DNA of 64,000 bases from a bacterium (GCA_016781505.1 JADDQF010000064.1:3292-67291), one strand, 5' to 3'; positions 1 through 10,424 are shown, counted from the stretch's first letter. Notes: generated by a model not told the origin, from the sequence alone. A program made the numbers and translations.

Positions 1-1790
1 TCGAGCTCGCGCTCAAACGCTTGCAGCCGCTGGTCGCGCTCTAACTCTAGCTGGGCCAGCTCGTTCTGCAGCTCAGCGCGGAGGTGCTCGGCTGCTGCAC
101 GCTCTTGCTCGGCCTGCTGTTGTTCGGTGGCCGCCGCCTCACGCTGCCGCGCAATCGACGTGAGCATCTCCTCGACCTGCTCCTCCTCGGCCGACAAGAA
201 CGAGCGGGCACGGTCAATGAGCTCTGGCTGCAGTCCCAAGCGCGAAGCAATTGCCAGCGCATTGGACCGTCCTGGCAGGCCAATCTCCAGCCGATACGCC
301 GGCCGCAGGGTTTCTTCGTCAAAGGCCACCGAGGCGTTTTCAACGCCGGGCGTGTTATGGGCATACGCTTTTAGCTCGGCGTAGTGCGTCGTGCCAATGC
401 ATAAAGCGCCACTTTCCAACACCCGCTCGATGATGGCGCGTGCAAGTGCCGCGCCTTCCGTGGGATCGGTCCCCGCGCCGAGCTCGTCAAAGAGCACCAG
501 CGCACTGGGCGCTTGGCCATACGTCGTCCGGTCGGCCTTGATCTGATCCAGCGTGCGCAGGATGGCGATGATATGCGTCATATGCGACGAAAAGGTGGAT
601 AAGCTTTGCTCGATGCTTTGCTCATCGCCAATATCGGCAAAGATATGCTGAAATACCGGCAGCCGTGAACGATCCGCGGCCGGAATATGGAGGCCGGACT
701 GCGCCATCAACGCGAGCAGGCCGGTGGTCTTAAGCGCTACGGTCTTGCCCCCGGTGTTCGGCCCCGTAATCAGTAACACACGAAACGTTTTGCCCAGCCA
801 CACATCGGTCGGCACAACCGTCGTCTGATCCAACAGCGGGTGCCGCGCGCGACGCAGGTGCAGTGGCGGCTCCGGATCGTCACTCTCCGACAGCCCATCG
901 ACAATTGTTGGCTCAATGCAATTCAGCGCTGCGCTGTAACGACCCTTGGCAAAGAGCAAGTCAAGCTCGGCCAGCGCTTCAACGCCGGTGGTGATGTTGT
1001 CGCCCTGCTCGGCGATGCGGGCCGAAAGCATTTGCAGGATACGCGTGATCTCCTGCTGCTCCGCGAGCTGCAGCTCGCGCCACCGGTTGTTCAGCTCCAC
1101 GGTTTGCAGCGGCTCGACAAACAAGGTCGCGCCGGTGTTTGACTGATCGTGGACAATGCCCTGTAATGTTCGTCGGCCGGTTGCCTTGATCGGCACGACG
1201 TAGCGCCCGTCGCGCATGGTGACGATCGGCTCTTGCAGCGCTCCAGCGTATTGCGACGAGCCAATAATGCCGTTCAGGCGCTCCAGCAGGCGGCTGTGCG
1301 CCACCCGTATTTCGGACCGGATCTTGCCTAACGTCGGGCTAGCGCTATCCAGGATGTTGCCACCCGGATCGACGGTATGCTCGATAGCATCCTCCAGGCT
1401 GGGCAGCTCCGGCAACGCCAGGGCAATATCACGCAGGGGGGCGTAGGGCTCCGGAGGCAGCTTGAACAGTCTGACCCGTAGCTGGCGCATAGTTCCCAGC
1501 GTAGCGCTGACCTCAAGCAGCTGTTCCGGCTCCAGTATGCCGCCGCGCAAACTCTTCGCAACCGACTGACGGATATCCCGCGCGCCGCCGATGGTGATAT
1601 CGGGAAATGTATCAAAAAGCTGTCGCGCCGCACTGGTTGCGCGCTGGGCGTGCCGAATAAACGTTGCGTCGTCATCCGGACGCAGGCTTAACGCCAGTTC
1701 CCGGCTGGCCGAGAACGACGTGTGCTGGGCGAGGCGCTCACGAACTTTAGGATATTCAAGAATACTTAGCGTACGTTCCGCAATTGTCAT
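1..1790 (-). CDS. mutS2: Endonuclease MutS2, N-terminal and ATPase part. The C-terminus lies beyond the window edge.
   Basis: Absent from the ORF track because it runs off the edge. Manual reverse-complement translation from ATG (complement of 1788-1790) gives MTIAERTLSILEYPKVRERLAQH... The Walker A motif LLITGPNTGGKTVALKT and the LVLFDELGAGTDPTEGAALA motif are typical of MutS2. Confidence 0.85.
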   Translation of the reverse strand, partial: MTIAERTLSILEYPKVRERLAQHTSFSASRELALSLRPDDDATFIRHAQRATSAARQLFDTFPDITIGGARDIRQSVAKSLRGGILEPEQLLEVSATLGTMRQLRVRLFKLPPEPYAPLRDIALALPELPSLEDAIEHTVDPGGNILDSASPTLGKIRSEIRVAHSRLLERLNGIIGSSQYAGALQEPIVTMRDGRYVVPIKATGRRTLQGIVHDQSNTGATLFVEPLQTVELNNRWRELQLAEQQEITRILQMLSARIAEQGDNITTGVEALAELDLLFAKGRYSAALNCIEPTIVDGLSESDDPEPPLHLRRARHPLLDQTTVVPTDVWLGKTFRVLLITGPNTGGKTVALKTTGLLALMAQSGLHIPAADRSRLPVFQHIFADIGDEQSIEQSLSTFSSHMTHIIAILRTLDQIKADRTTYGQAPSALVLFDELGAGTDPTEGAALARAIIERVLESGALCIGTTHYAELKAYAHNTPGVENASVAFDEETLRPAYRLEIGLPGRSNALAIASRLGLQPELIDRARSFLSAEEEQVEEMLTSIARQREAAATEQQQAEQERAAAEHLRAELQNELAQLELERDQRLQAFEREL

Positions 1791-1860
1791 GCTGCTTGAT
1801 CGCTCTCCGCTCCGCCTTTTCAGCTACCCCAACCAGCCAATCTAGGCGCGTTCAACACAC

Positions 1861-1906
1861 TAAAATCAAAAACGACGGCAGGGGCATTATACCCCGATCT
1901 GCCGTC
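1861..1906 (-). terminator. Intrinsic terminator downstream of the CvpA-like gene
   Basis: On the minus strand the stem GACGGCAG...CTGCCGTC (with inner GGGG/CCCC pairing) is followed by GTTTTTGATTTTAG. Confidence 0.6.
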
Positions 1907-2040
1907 GCCCACGCTGTAGGTTGGCGTGCTGTTTGGCCTAGTTCGCCGCCGGGACGGGGATGCGGGTGGTTTCCCGATCATTGCCCCTCCTCGAGCTTCA
2001 CATACCTTCCGCAAAACCGAACAGGTCCGTTACGTATGCA

Positions 2041-2577
2041 TTAGCGGATGGGATTGAAGAATGGAATGGCGGCGTCTGGCAAGAACGGCGAGACCAGCGT
2101 GAAAAGCCGTGGCAAAATATTATACATGAGTAGCCGCAGCAAGGTTGAGTTTTGTGTGCTGGTTTGGAGTGCCCGCGTAATCGGATATTCATTGCCGGCG
2201 CGATGCGAGATAAACATATACTGCAGCACCATGGCAATAATGCTCGCCAAGACCACACCCAGAATCACGCCGAATCCCACACCTAGGATACGATCCAGGT
2301 ATTCAAGACGGCCTGGAAAACGTACATATCGAAACGTGTATAGCGACATTGCGAGCAATATAATAAAGCACAACGTCAAAATAATAAAGAAACTGACGGC
2401 TTCGGCGACAACTGGGCTGGTATTGAAGTACGTTGCCATAAGCTTGAAGTACAAGCTCGCAAGCACAACGCTCAAATAAAATGTAACCAGTGCAATTACC
2501 AGCTTAACGGTGCCTTGGAAAAATCCTGCGCCGGTAACGATCAGAAAGAGGGCCATAAGGAGCACATTAACAAACAT
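2041..2577 (-). CDS. CvpA-family (colicin V production-like) integral membrane protein
   Basis: 178 aa with four or five hydrophobic helices. GGAG lies 7 nt before the ATG. Position next to mutS2 matches the common cvpA-mutS2 neighbourhood. Family assignment is from recalled sequence character, not a search. Confidence 0.65.
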   Translation of the reverse strand: MFVNVLLMALFLIVTGAGFFQGTVKLVIALVTFYLSVVLASLYFKLMATYFNTSPVVAEAVSFFIILTLCFIILLAMSLYTFRYVRFPGRLEYLDRILGVGFGVILGVVLASIIAMVLQYMFISHRAGNEYPITRALQTSTQNSTLLRLLMYNILPRLFTLVSPFLPDAAIPFFNPIR

Positions 2578-2642
2578 CCAATAACTCCGCTGTTGGGAAT
2601 AACTACGTGGGGGTTCTCAAGTTGCGCAATTATAGCATACGC

Positions 2643-2672
2643 TTGTGCTCCTTAATGGCCCAGTGCTATAAT
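2643..2672 (+). promoter_or_regulatory. Candidate sigma-70 promoter (TTGTGC-N18-TATAAT) for the DUF2203 gene
   Basis: Hexamers TTGTGC (2643-2648) and TATAAT (2667-2672) lie about 40 nt upstream of the ATG at 2714. Confidence 0.35.
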
Positions 2673-2713
2673 GCCGCTTGACCTAGGGGAACCTAGTCCC
2701 TGAGGCGATCACC

Positions 2714-3103
2714 ATGAACGATCGACGGTACACTGTTGCCGAGGCAAATGCCATCTTGCCCCATGTGCGCGAGCTCGTCAAACGCATACTGCTGGCTCGC
2801 ACGCATATCTTGCAGCTGCAGCCTGAACTCTGGCCGGCAATCCAAGCAGCGGTCTTTAATGGTGGCAGCAAAACGGTCTCGGAGGCGACGCGCCACATCA
2901 TCCTCATCCAAGAGGGGATTCGCGCGCTCCAGGCGCTCAACATCCTAGTCAAAGATATCAACATCGGGTTGATTGACTTTCCGGCCGAGCGTGATGGCCA
3001 ACTTGTGTTGTTGTGTTGGCTGTACGATGAGCCGACGGTTCAATTTTGGCATGATCCGGATACCGGCTTTGCGGGTCGGCGACGGATCGAAGAGCTATTT
3101 TAA
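2714..3103 (+). CDS. DUF2203 family protein
   Basis: 129 aa. YTVAEANAILPHV..., LVKDINIGLIDFPAE and LLCWLYDEPTVQFWHDPDTGFAGRRRI match the recalled DUF2203 pattern. Confidence 0.7.
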   Translation: MNDRRYTVAEANAILPHVRELVKRILLARTHILQLQPELWPAIQAAVFNGGSKTVSEATRHIILIQEGIRALQALNILVKDINIGLIDFPAERDGQLVLLCWLYDEPTVQFWHDPDTGFAGRRRIEELF

Positions 3104-3225
3104 CGCGGTCATTCCCCGAGCTATACTTTAAGGTACGTGATCTTGTGCTCCGTTCCCCCAGCGCCGGTGGTATAATTGCCCGCAAGCTCTGTTGAGCTGT
3201 TTGTGCCTTTGGAGGAAGCTGTTCC

Positions 3226-3501
3226 ATGACCAACCAGTCCCGCCGTCGGCCGACGCGAAACTTGACACGTCGGGAGCGTCGCACTGGCGCCGCTCAAACC
3301 TATGCTACGCCTGCTGCTCCAACGGCACCCTTTCGCCGTTCTTATATGGCCGAGCCAGCGCCCGTCGATTATGCGGCAGAGTATCGCTTTATCCGCAAGG
3401 ATTTGATCCGGATCCTGGTCTGGGCGACTGTGTTGATTGGCCTGATGGTTTTGCTGTCATTCTTGCCGATCGCCGACGGGTTCGGGCAGTTGCTGGGCTA
3501 A
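3226..3501 (+). CDS. Hypothetical small membrane protein (basic N-terminus, one C-terminal TM helix)
   Basis: 91 aa. Strong SD GGAGGAA before the ATG. TM segment ILVWATVLIGLMVLLSFL. Confidence 0.5.
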   Translation: MTNQSRRRPTRNLTRRERRTGAAQTYATPAAPTAPFRRSYMAEPAPVDYAAEYRFIRKDLIRILVWATVLIGLMVLLSFLPIADGFGQLLG

Positions 3502-3561
3502 ACCAGCTGGGTTTCCTCCCGGAGCAGTGGCTCCGTTGCTTGCATCGTACGTTGTTGCCAG

Positions 3562-4542
3562 GTGCCCATGGACGAATCACGCACGCAATCCAAAGCGGCA
3601 CGGCTCCGCCGAATCGAACACAAGCTGTATAACACGCCGCACGGGCTAGGCGCTGTCGAGCTCGCCAACTATTGTGGCGTGGATCGGCGCACGATTTATC
3701 GTGACATCGAAGCGCTGGATGCGATGGGCGTGCCCGTGTGGCAGCTTGACGGCAAGTTCGGCATCGAGCGTGACGGCTACCAATCGACGGTTCGCCTCAA
3801 CCTCAACGAAACTGTTGCGCTGTACTTCGCGGCGCGGCTGCTGGCCCATCACTCCGACGAAAATAACCCCCATGTTGTCGGAGCATTGGACAAGATCGCG
3901 GCCTCATTACCCGATGCAACGCTGTCTGAGCATATGTCGCGGGCTGCCGATGTGATCCGCGCCAAGCCGATGCGCTCAAATTATGTGCAGACGGTTGAAA
4001 CGTTGACGCGAGCCTGGGCCGACCGCCGGGCGCTTGAAATCCACTATTGGGCGGCAGATCGGGACAAGCCCCAGCTGCGCGTGATCGAGCCGTATTTTTT
4101 GGAAGTGTCGCGCTTCGAGCCCGCGAGCTATGTGCTGGCCCATGATCGGCTGCGCAACGCGCTCCGCACATTCAAGGTCGAGCGCATTCAGCGGACTGAG
4201 CTGCTCCCCGAACACTACACGATTCCACCGGACTTCGATCCGTACACCTGGCTCCAATCCTCGTGGGGCATTATGGCGGAGGAGGAAGTCGAGGTGCGGC
4301 TGCGCTTCAGTCCGCTGGTAACCCGCCGCGTGCAAGAAAGCGTTTGGCATCATTCCCAGCGGCTTGAGCTGCAGCCCGACGGCGGCTGCGTGCTGTCTAT
4401 GTGCGTCGGCGGCATTCGCGAGATTCGCAACTGGGTGTTGAGCTGGGGCGCGGATGTGGAAGTGCTTGCGCCCGCTGAGCTGCGGGCCCAAATTGCCGCT
4501 GAAAGCGAGCGCATGCGCGTAAACTATCGCGCCAACAGCTAG
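3562..4542 (+). CDS. HTH-WYL-WCX transcriptional regulator (YafY/PafBC-like)
   Basis: 326 aa. N-terminal HTH (ELANYCGVDRRTIYRDIEAL), central WYL-type segment (YVLAHDRLRNALRTFKVERI) and a C-terminal extension. The ORF opens with GTG at 3562; ATG at 3568 is an alternative start. Confidence 0.85.
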   Translation: MPMDESRTQSKAARLRRIEHKLYNTPHGLGAVELANYCGVDRRTIYRDIEALDAMGVPVWQLDGKFGIERDGYQSTVRLNLNETVALYFAARLLAHHSDENNPHVVGALDKIAASLPDATLSEHMSRAADVIRAKPMRSNYVQTVETLTRAWADRRALEIHYWAADRDKPQLRVIEPYFLEVSRFEPASYVLAHDRLRNALRTFKVERIQRTELLPEHYTIPPDFDPYTWLQSSWGIMAEEEVEVRLRFSPLVTRRVQESVWHHSQRLELQPDGGCVLSMCVGGIREIRNWVLSWGADVEVLAPAELRAQIAAESERMRVNYRANS

Positions 4543-4713
4543 CCAGTCACACGCCGATGTGCTAGCAGGGTGCTGCTGGCCGGCTGCCACAATCCCCCCG
4601 CAACGTTACCGAAGGAGCAGCCGCTATTAGTCCCACACGTATGTTCGTCGAATGACGTTCCCCTGTTTCGCTCGTCGTGGTTGTCTCCCGCATCATTGCC
4701 GAAAGGGTTCGCC

Positions 4714-5604
4714 ATGTTTCGTCGTGCCGGCCTCCTGTTGTGTCTCGTTGCGCTCGCCGTCTGCCTGCCGTTGTCCACTCCCGCCCGCGCCTCCTCTCCA
4801 CCCGTCGTGGCGATCCAAGCCGGTCATTGGCGAACCGGCGAGCTGCCCGAAGAATTTGCGCGGCTGCGCACATCCACCGGAGCGGTCGCAGGCGGCGTGC
4901 GTGAAGTTGATCTCAATGTCGATATCGCGCATCGCGTCGCCGAATATCTCCGCGCTTGGGGCAACCAAGCCTATGTGCTGCCCTCGACCGTGCCGCCGGC
5001 CTATCGGGCGGATGCGTTTGTGGCTATTCATTCGGATGGTCACGCTAATCGCAATGCGCGGGGCTTCAAAGTTGCTACCCACTATCGTGATTGGATCGCC
5101 AGTACGACCTTGGTGCGGGAGCTAGAAGATGAGTACGCCAAGCAAACCGGCCTGCCGAAAGATTGGCGCATCACCGACAACATGCGCGGATATTATCCGT
5201 TCAACAGCGGTTTGTATGAACATACCATTGCGGAAGACACGCCCGCTGCCATTGTGGAGATGGGCTTTTTGTCGAACGCGGCCGATCGCCACTTCATGAT
5301 CACGAATCGCGATTTGGTAGCGCGGGCGATTGCCCTGGGAATTGCCCGCTTTTTAGGCGCGCGACCCGTCGAAGGCTGGCCAGCACTCCACCCCATGCCG
5401 CGCGGCGATATTGTGGAAATGCTGCATGATCGCACGCCGCTGTACGCGGGTCCGGGCAAATCGTTCAAGCTGGTCGACCGGGCCGCACGCAAAGAGCGCT
5501 ATGCGGTGGTGGAACGACAGGGGGGCTGGGCTAAGCTCTTCTTTTTTACAGGCAAGGAACGCTGGGTTGAGGACTTTCAAACCATGCAGGTGGTCGTGCC
5601 GTAG
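4714..5604 (+). CDS. N-acetylmuramoyl-L-alanine amidase (Amidase_3 family) with signal peptide and C-terminal SH3-like domain
   Basis: Trimmed to MFRRAGLLLCLVALAVCLP (signal peptide). Also VVAIQAGHW..., EVDLNVDIAHRV, FVAIHSDG and IVEMGFLSN. The C-terminal tail RYAVVERQGGWAKLFF resembles SH3b. Confidence 0.85.
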   Translation: MFRRAGLLLCLVALAVCLPLSTPARASSPPVVAIQAGHWRTGELPEEFARLRTSTGAVAGGVREVDLNVDIAHRVAEYLRAWGNQAYVLPSTVPPAYRADAFVAIHSDGHANRNARGFKVATHYRDWIASTTLVRELEDEYAKQTGLPKDWRITDNMRGYYPFNSGLYEHTIAEDTPAAIVEMGFLSNAADRHFMITNRDLVARAIALGIARFLGARPVEGWPALHPMPRGDIVEMLHDRTPLYAGPGKSFKLVDRAARKERYAVVERQGGWAKLFFFTGKERWVEDFQTMQVVVP

Positions 5605-5664
5605 GGTAGGCGGGCAGCGCAGAACGTTGAGCTAGCGGCTGGGATAAACTGCTGCTACGGTTGG

Positions 5665-6870
5665 TTACATGGCCGGGAGCAGCAGCGAGAAGGTGCTGCC
5701 GTGGCCTTCTTCCGACTCGACCCAGATTCGCCCGCCATGCCGCTCGACGAGATGTTTGGCAATCGCCAGGCCGAGTCCCGTGCCGCCGCTGTTGCGGGTG
5801 CGAGCGCGATCCACCTTGTAAAAACGCTCAAAGACCCGGTCTACTTCACTTTCCGGAATACCTATGCCCGTATCGGCCACGGCCACCACGATCGCCCGCG
5901 CCAAGCCAGTCTGCTGAAGTTCGTGCCTGATTCTGGACGGCGTCTGCTGGTTGGCTGCTTGTACGGCAGATACATGGATGGTGATTCTGCCGTCGGTAGG
6001 GGTAAACTTAATCGCGTTGTTCAACAGATTGAGCAGCACCTGGCCGATCCGTTCTTCATCCACAAGCGCGAGCGGGAGTGGCTGCGTTATCTCGCTTGTG
6101 AGCTGGAGCTGACGACGCTCAGCCTGCGGTCGTAGACGCGCGATGGCACGCTCAACCAGTGCGCTGATGTCGGTCGGCTGGAAGGCCATCACCATGCGCC
6201 CCGATTCGATCTGCGACAGTTCGCGGAGCTCGTCCACCAGATGCGTCATGGCCTCCAGCTCGTCGTCGATGTTGCCCAGCATCCGCTGCGCTACCTCGGG
6301 CGGCGGCGCGCCTTGCAGTGTTTCCACCAACAGCTTAATCGACGCCAGCGGTGTACGCAGCTCGTGTGACACATTCGCCACCATTTCACGGCGCGCCCGC
6401 TCAAGTTGTGCCAGATGGGTGATGTCCCGCAACAGCACAATCGCGCAGTACTCGTCGTGGTCGGGCAGGGGATAGCAGCTAATCTGGAGTGTTTGGGGCG
6501 AGCGGGGTGGTTGAAACGTCGTCGACTGGACCTCGCCGCTCTCGATTGCCGATTTTACCAGTGCGTCAGCGCGGTAGTCGCGCAGAAGCGTGATGATCGC
6601 CTGGCCTGTGACAGTAGCTAGCTCCACATGGAGCATATTCTCCAAGGCCTGGTTTGCAAACCGGATGCGGTGGTTCCGGTCGATGAGCAGCAGGCCCGAC
6701 TCGAGTGCCGCGGCGGTCGCTAAAAAGAGCTGCGTTAACGCCCCGGTTTCTCGCTTTTCGCGGCGACGTTGCAGGTACGCGCGTTCGGCTTCGAGTTCGC
6801 GCCGCAAGCGCCACCCCCAAAGCAGGGCGGCCAGCAGCAGGGCAACAAGCAGAACAACAACAAACAGCAT
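5665..6870 (-). CDS. Sensor histidine kinase (TM, PAS, HisKA, HATPase_c)
   Basis: H-box VSHELRTPLASI, N-box LLNLLNNAIKFT, G-boxes DTGIGI and GGTGLGLAI. Single N-terminal TM helix. Confidence 0.9.
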   Translation of the reverse strand: MLFVVVLLVALLLAALLWGWRLRRELEAERAYLQRRREKRETGALTQLFLATAAALESGLLLIDRNHRIRFANQALENMLHVELATVTGQAIITLLRDYRADALVKSAIESGEVQSTTFQPPRSPQTLQISCYPLPDHDEYCAIVLLRDITHLAQLERARREMVANVSHELRTPLASIKLLVETLQGAPPPEVAQRMLGNIDDELEAMTHLVDELRELSQIESGRMVMAFQPTDISALVERAIARLRPQAERRQLQLTSEITQPLPLALVDEERIGQVLLNLLNNAIKFTPTDGRITIHVSAVQAANQQTPSRIRHELQQTGLARAIVVAVADTGIGIPESEVDRVFERFYKVDRARTRNSGGTGLGLAIAKHLVERHGGRIWVESEEGHGSTFSLLLPAM

Positions 6871-6920
6871 ACAAGCGCAGCAGGGAGGAAACGGCCGACG
6901 GAGCGCCCGTCCTTCGTCCC

Positions 6921-7667
6921 TTACCGCATAGCCTCGTTCGAAGCGTGCGGGAGCGCCGCGCGGACGTCAGCATCGGCCTGGGCGGGCGCCTCGAAACGAT
7001 ATCCCGTGCCGCGGACGGTGTGAATAAAGACGGGCTGCGACGGATCGGGCTCGATCTTCTCCCGTAGCCAGCGCACATGCACATCCACCGTGCGCGAGTC
7101 GCCCAGGAAATCATAGCCCCACACCCGTTCGAGCAGCAGATCCCGGGACAGCGCCAGCCCACGATTGCGCATCAGGCAGACCAGCAGATCGAACTCCTTG
7201 GCCGAAAGCCCTGTCTCGTGCGCCCCGCGCCAAACCCGCCGCGAGCCGAGGTCGACTTTCAAATCAGCCGCGGTCAGCACCTCGCGCTGCAGCGCCTCTT
7301 CTTCGCGACGCCCCCGCCAAAGAATCCGCCGCACTCGCGCCAGCAGCTCGCCCAGGCTAAATGGCTTAACGACATAATCATCGGCGCCAAGCTCAAGGCC
7401 GGCGATGCGATCGATTTCGTCTTGCCGAGCCGTCAACATCATGATCGGAATATCCGACTCATTGCGGAGGATGCGGCACACCGAAAATCCGTCTAATTGC
7501 GGCAGCATAACATCCAAAATCAGCAGATCGGGCTGTTTGCGCCGTGCAAGCTCAAGCCCGTGTACGCCATCGCTCGCCGTCAGCACGGTGTACCCTTCTC
7601 GCTCCAGGTTGTAGCGCAGAGTATCGGAAAGAATAGCTTCGTCTTCAACCAACAAGATTGTCGCCAT
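6921..7667 (-). CDS. OmpR/PhoB-family response regulator
   Basis: Trimmed to [11 protein letters not shown]. Receiver domain ([13 protein letters not shown]) plus winged-helix output ([11 protein letters not shown]). Lies directly upstream of the kinase on the same strand. Confidence 0.9.
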   Translation of the reverse strand: MATILLVEDEAILSDTLRYNLEREGYTVLTASDGVHGLELARRKQPDLLILDVMLPQLDGFSVCRILRNESDIPIMMLTARQDEIDRIAGLELGADDYVVKPFSLGELLARVRRILWRGRREEEALQREVLTAADLKVDLGSRRVWRGAHETGLSAKEFDLLVCLMRNRGLALSRDLLLERVWGYDFLGDSRTVDVHVRWLREKIEPDPSQPVFIHTVRGTGYRFEAPAQADADVRAALPHASNEAMR

Positions 7668-7875
7668 ACGGCCATTGTAGCACGCCAAAAAGCGCCTGTT
7701 TGTTAAATCTCGCTTAAGCCTGGCCCGCTCAGCCATAGCCGATTGGTGGCCTCGTGTTCGTACCGCAGCCCGTGATTGCGTCTTATGTCATTGCGCATAT
7801 GTCGGTTATCTCGCCGCTGCATTTGACGGTTATGCTACACTCGCCGCCATAACTCATGGACCACAGGGGTCGTGC

Positions 7876-10371
7876 ATGACGGATGATCTTGATTTGTCGG
7901 TGCTGCTCGAAGAGCGGATCAACGTGCCTGGACCGGAGCCCTGCGAGCTGCCGGTGCTGCCGTTGGCGAACACGGTGGTCTTTCCACAGGTAGTGGCTCC
8001 GCTGTTTGTGAGCCGTCAGCAGGCGCAGCACGCTCTGGATGCCGCGCTGGCGAACGACCGCATGGTGCTCACGGTGGTTCAGCGGGATGAAGCCGCCGAG
8101 GTCGTGGGCGCTGGTGACTTGTACCCTATCGGCGTGCAGTCCCGGATCAGCCGGGTTGTCCGCTTGCCGGATGGCACGATCAACATTTTGTTGCAAGGCT
8201 TGTGGCGGGTCAGCCTCGATGACATTGTGCAGGAGCAGCCCTTGTTGCGCGCGCGGGTCACACCGATCGCTGATCTGCCGACGTCGCCGCTCGGACTGGA
8301 AGCTGCGCGCCGCACGGCGCTCGCCCTGTTTGAAAAGGTAGCTAATCTCAGCCGAACGCTGCCGGAAAACGCGTACGTTGCCGCGCTTAACGTCGAAACA
8401 CCCGGCGTACTTGCCGATCTGATCGCCTCGCATCTGCCGCTGGATGTACGGCAGCGGCAGGAGGTGTTGGAGGTGCTCGACGTCGAGCAGCGCTTACATC
8501 TTGTGTGTACGCTGCTGATCCATGAGCTCGACGTGCTGCAATTAGAACATCAACTGCGGGTTGAGGTCGAGCAGGAAGTTGATCGGACGCAGCGGGAGCT
8601 GTTTCTGCGTGAACAGCTGAAGGCCATCCAGCGCGAGTTAGGCCATATCGATCCGCTGGTGCACGAGCTGGCTGGCCTGGCTCAACGCATCGCTACCGCC
8701 AACATGCCGGAACCGGTGCAGCTGCGCGCGCAGGAGGAGCTAGCCCGGCTTGAGGCCATGCCGCCCAGCACGCCCGAGTACACCCTGGTGCGAACCTATC
8801 TTGACTGGCTGGTAGCGTTGCCCTGGCACGCCACATCGGGAGATACCTACGAGCTGCAAGCGGCTGCCCAAACGTTGGATCGCCACCATTATGGCCTGCA
8901 AAAAGTAAAGGACCGTATTCTTGAGCATCTGGCCGTGCGTAAGCTGACGGGCGCGCGTAGCCGTTCGCCCGTGCTCTGTTTTGTGGGTCCTCCCGGCGTG
9001 GGCAAGACCAGCCTCGGTCGTTCGATCGCGGAAGCGCTGGGCCGGAAGTTTATGCGGATCTCCTTGGGCGGCGTGCACGACGAAGCGGAAATTCGGGGCC
9101 ATCGGCGGACGTATGTGGGCGCGATGCCGGGCCGCATTGTGAAGATGATGCGGGATGCCGGTACCGTTAATCCGGTGCTGATGCTGGACGAAATCGATAA
9201 GCTCGGCCATGATTTTCGGGGCGATCCCGCGGCCGCACTGCTCGAGGTGCTCGACCCCGAGCAAAATCACGCCTTCTCCGACCACTATCTTGATGTGCCT
9301 TACGACCTGTCGCGGGTGATGTTTATCACCACAGCGAACCTGCTCGACCCAATTCCCGATGCCCTGGTTGATCGACTCGAAGTGATCGAGCTGGCCGGCT
9401 ACACCGAGGAAGAAAAGGTGGAGATCGCCCGCCGCTTTCTGATCCCGCAACAATTGGAAGCCAATGGCCTGGCTGGGGTGCCCGTTCGTTTTGGCCAGGA
9501 CACGATTGTTGCACTGATCCGCCTGTACACCTACGAGGCCGGCGTACGCGAGTTGGAGCGTCAGATTGGCACGGTTTGCCGCAAAATAGCCCGGCGCGTA
9601 GCCGAGCAGCGTCGTCATCCCCATCGGATCGTGCCCTCGCTGCTGCCAAGCTTGCTGGGTGCTGACCGTTATGATTATGGGCTGGCCGAAGAGCACGACG
9701 AAGTGGGCGTTGCAACCGGGATGGTGTGGACGGCTAACGGCGGTGATGTTATGCCGGTCGAGATCAGCGTGGTGGAGGGCAAGGGCAATCTGTTGTTGAC
9801 GGGGCAGCTCGGGGAAGTGATGCAGGAGTCAGCGCAGGCGGCTTTGAGCTATACTCGAGCCAATGCCAAGCGGCTGGGCATCGATCCCAAACGTTTCGAT
9901 AAAGTTGATATTCATGTCCATATGCCCGATGGTGCAGTGCCCAAGGAAGGCCCGTCCGCCGGGATCACCATCGCGTGTGCGCTCGTCTCCGCCCTGACGA
10001 ATATCCCGCTTAAGCGCACTGTCGCTATGACCGGGGAGATCACGCTGCGCGGGCGGATTCTGCCGGTTGGCGGCATCAAAGAAAAGCTATTGGGCGCGTA
10101 TCGCGCTGGCATTACCCGTATTTTGATGCCGCGCAAAAACGAGCGGGATCTGGAAGACATTGCCCGCCATGTTCGGCGCAAGCTTCAATGCGCGCTGGTG
10201 CAACATATGGACGCGGTGTTGCCGGAAGCGTTTGTGCGTAACCCGCTTGACACGCCCTATCAGCCCCGCAAACGGACGCGCAAAAAGGCGGCCAGCACCG
10301 CCGCAAGCACCGCGGTACATTCAGGCACGACTGGTGGCGCCGGAAACAGCGTTGTGGCAGTTGAGGTCTAA
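7876..10371 (+). CDS. lon: ATP-dependent Lon protease
   Basis: 831 aa. Walker A GPPGVGKTSLGRS. Catalytic Ser in PKEGPSAGITI and Lys in GGIKEKLL. Lon N-terminal substrate domain present. Confidence 0.95.
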   Translation: MTDDLDLSVLLEERINVPGPEPCELPVLPLANTVVFPQVVAPLFVSRQQAQHALDAALANDRMVLTVVQRDEAAEVVGAGDLYPIGVQSRISRVVRLPDGTINILLQGLWRVSLDDIVQEQPLLRARVTPIADLPTSPLGLEAARRTALALFEKVANLSRTLPENAYVAALNVETPGVLADLIASHLPLDVRQRQEVLEVLDVEQRLHLVCTLLIHELDVLQLEHQLRVEVEQEVDRTQRELFLREQLKAIQRELGHIDPLVHELAGLAQRIATANMPEPVQLRAQEELARLEAMPPSTPEYTLVRTYLDWLVALPWHATSGDTYELQAAAQTLDRHHYGLQKVKDRILEHLAVRKLTGARSRSPVLCFVGPPGVGKTSLGRSIAEALGRKFMRISLGGVHDEAEIRGHRRTYVGAMPGRIVKMMRDAGTVNPVLMLDEIDKLGHDFRGDPAAALLEVLDPEQNHAFSDHYLDVPYDLSRVMFITTANLLDPIPDALVDRLEVIELAGYTEEEKVEIARRFLIPQQLEANGLAGVPVRFGQDTIVALIRLYTYEAGVRELERQIGTVCRKIARRVAEQRRHPHRIVPSLLPSLLGADRYDYGLAEEHDEVGVATGMVWTANGGDVMPVEISVVEGKGNLLLTGQLGEVMQESAQAALSYTRANAKRLGIDPKRFDKVDIHVHMPDGAVPKEGPSAGITIACALVSALTNIPLKRTVAMTGEITLRGRILPVGGIKEKLLGAYRAGITRILMPRKNERDLEDIARHVRRKLQCALVQHMDAVLPEAFVRNPLDTPYQPRKRTRKKAASTAASTAVHSGTTGGAGNSVVAVEV

Positions 10372-10424
10372 AACTGGCGCTACGTTGCGCTGTAACCGTA
10401 AGCCTTCTTCGGCTGGAGGGCGAC

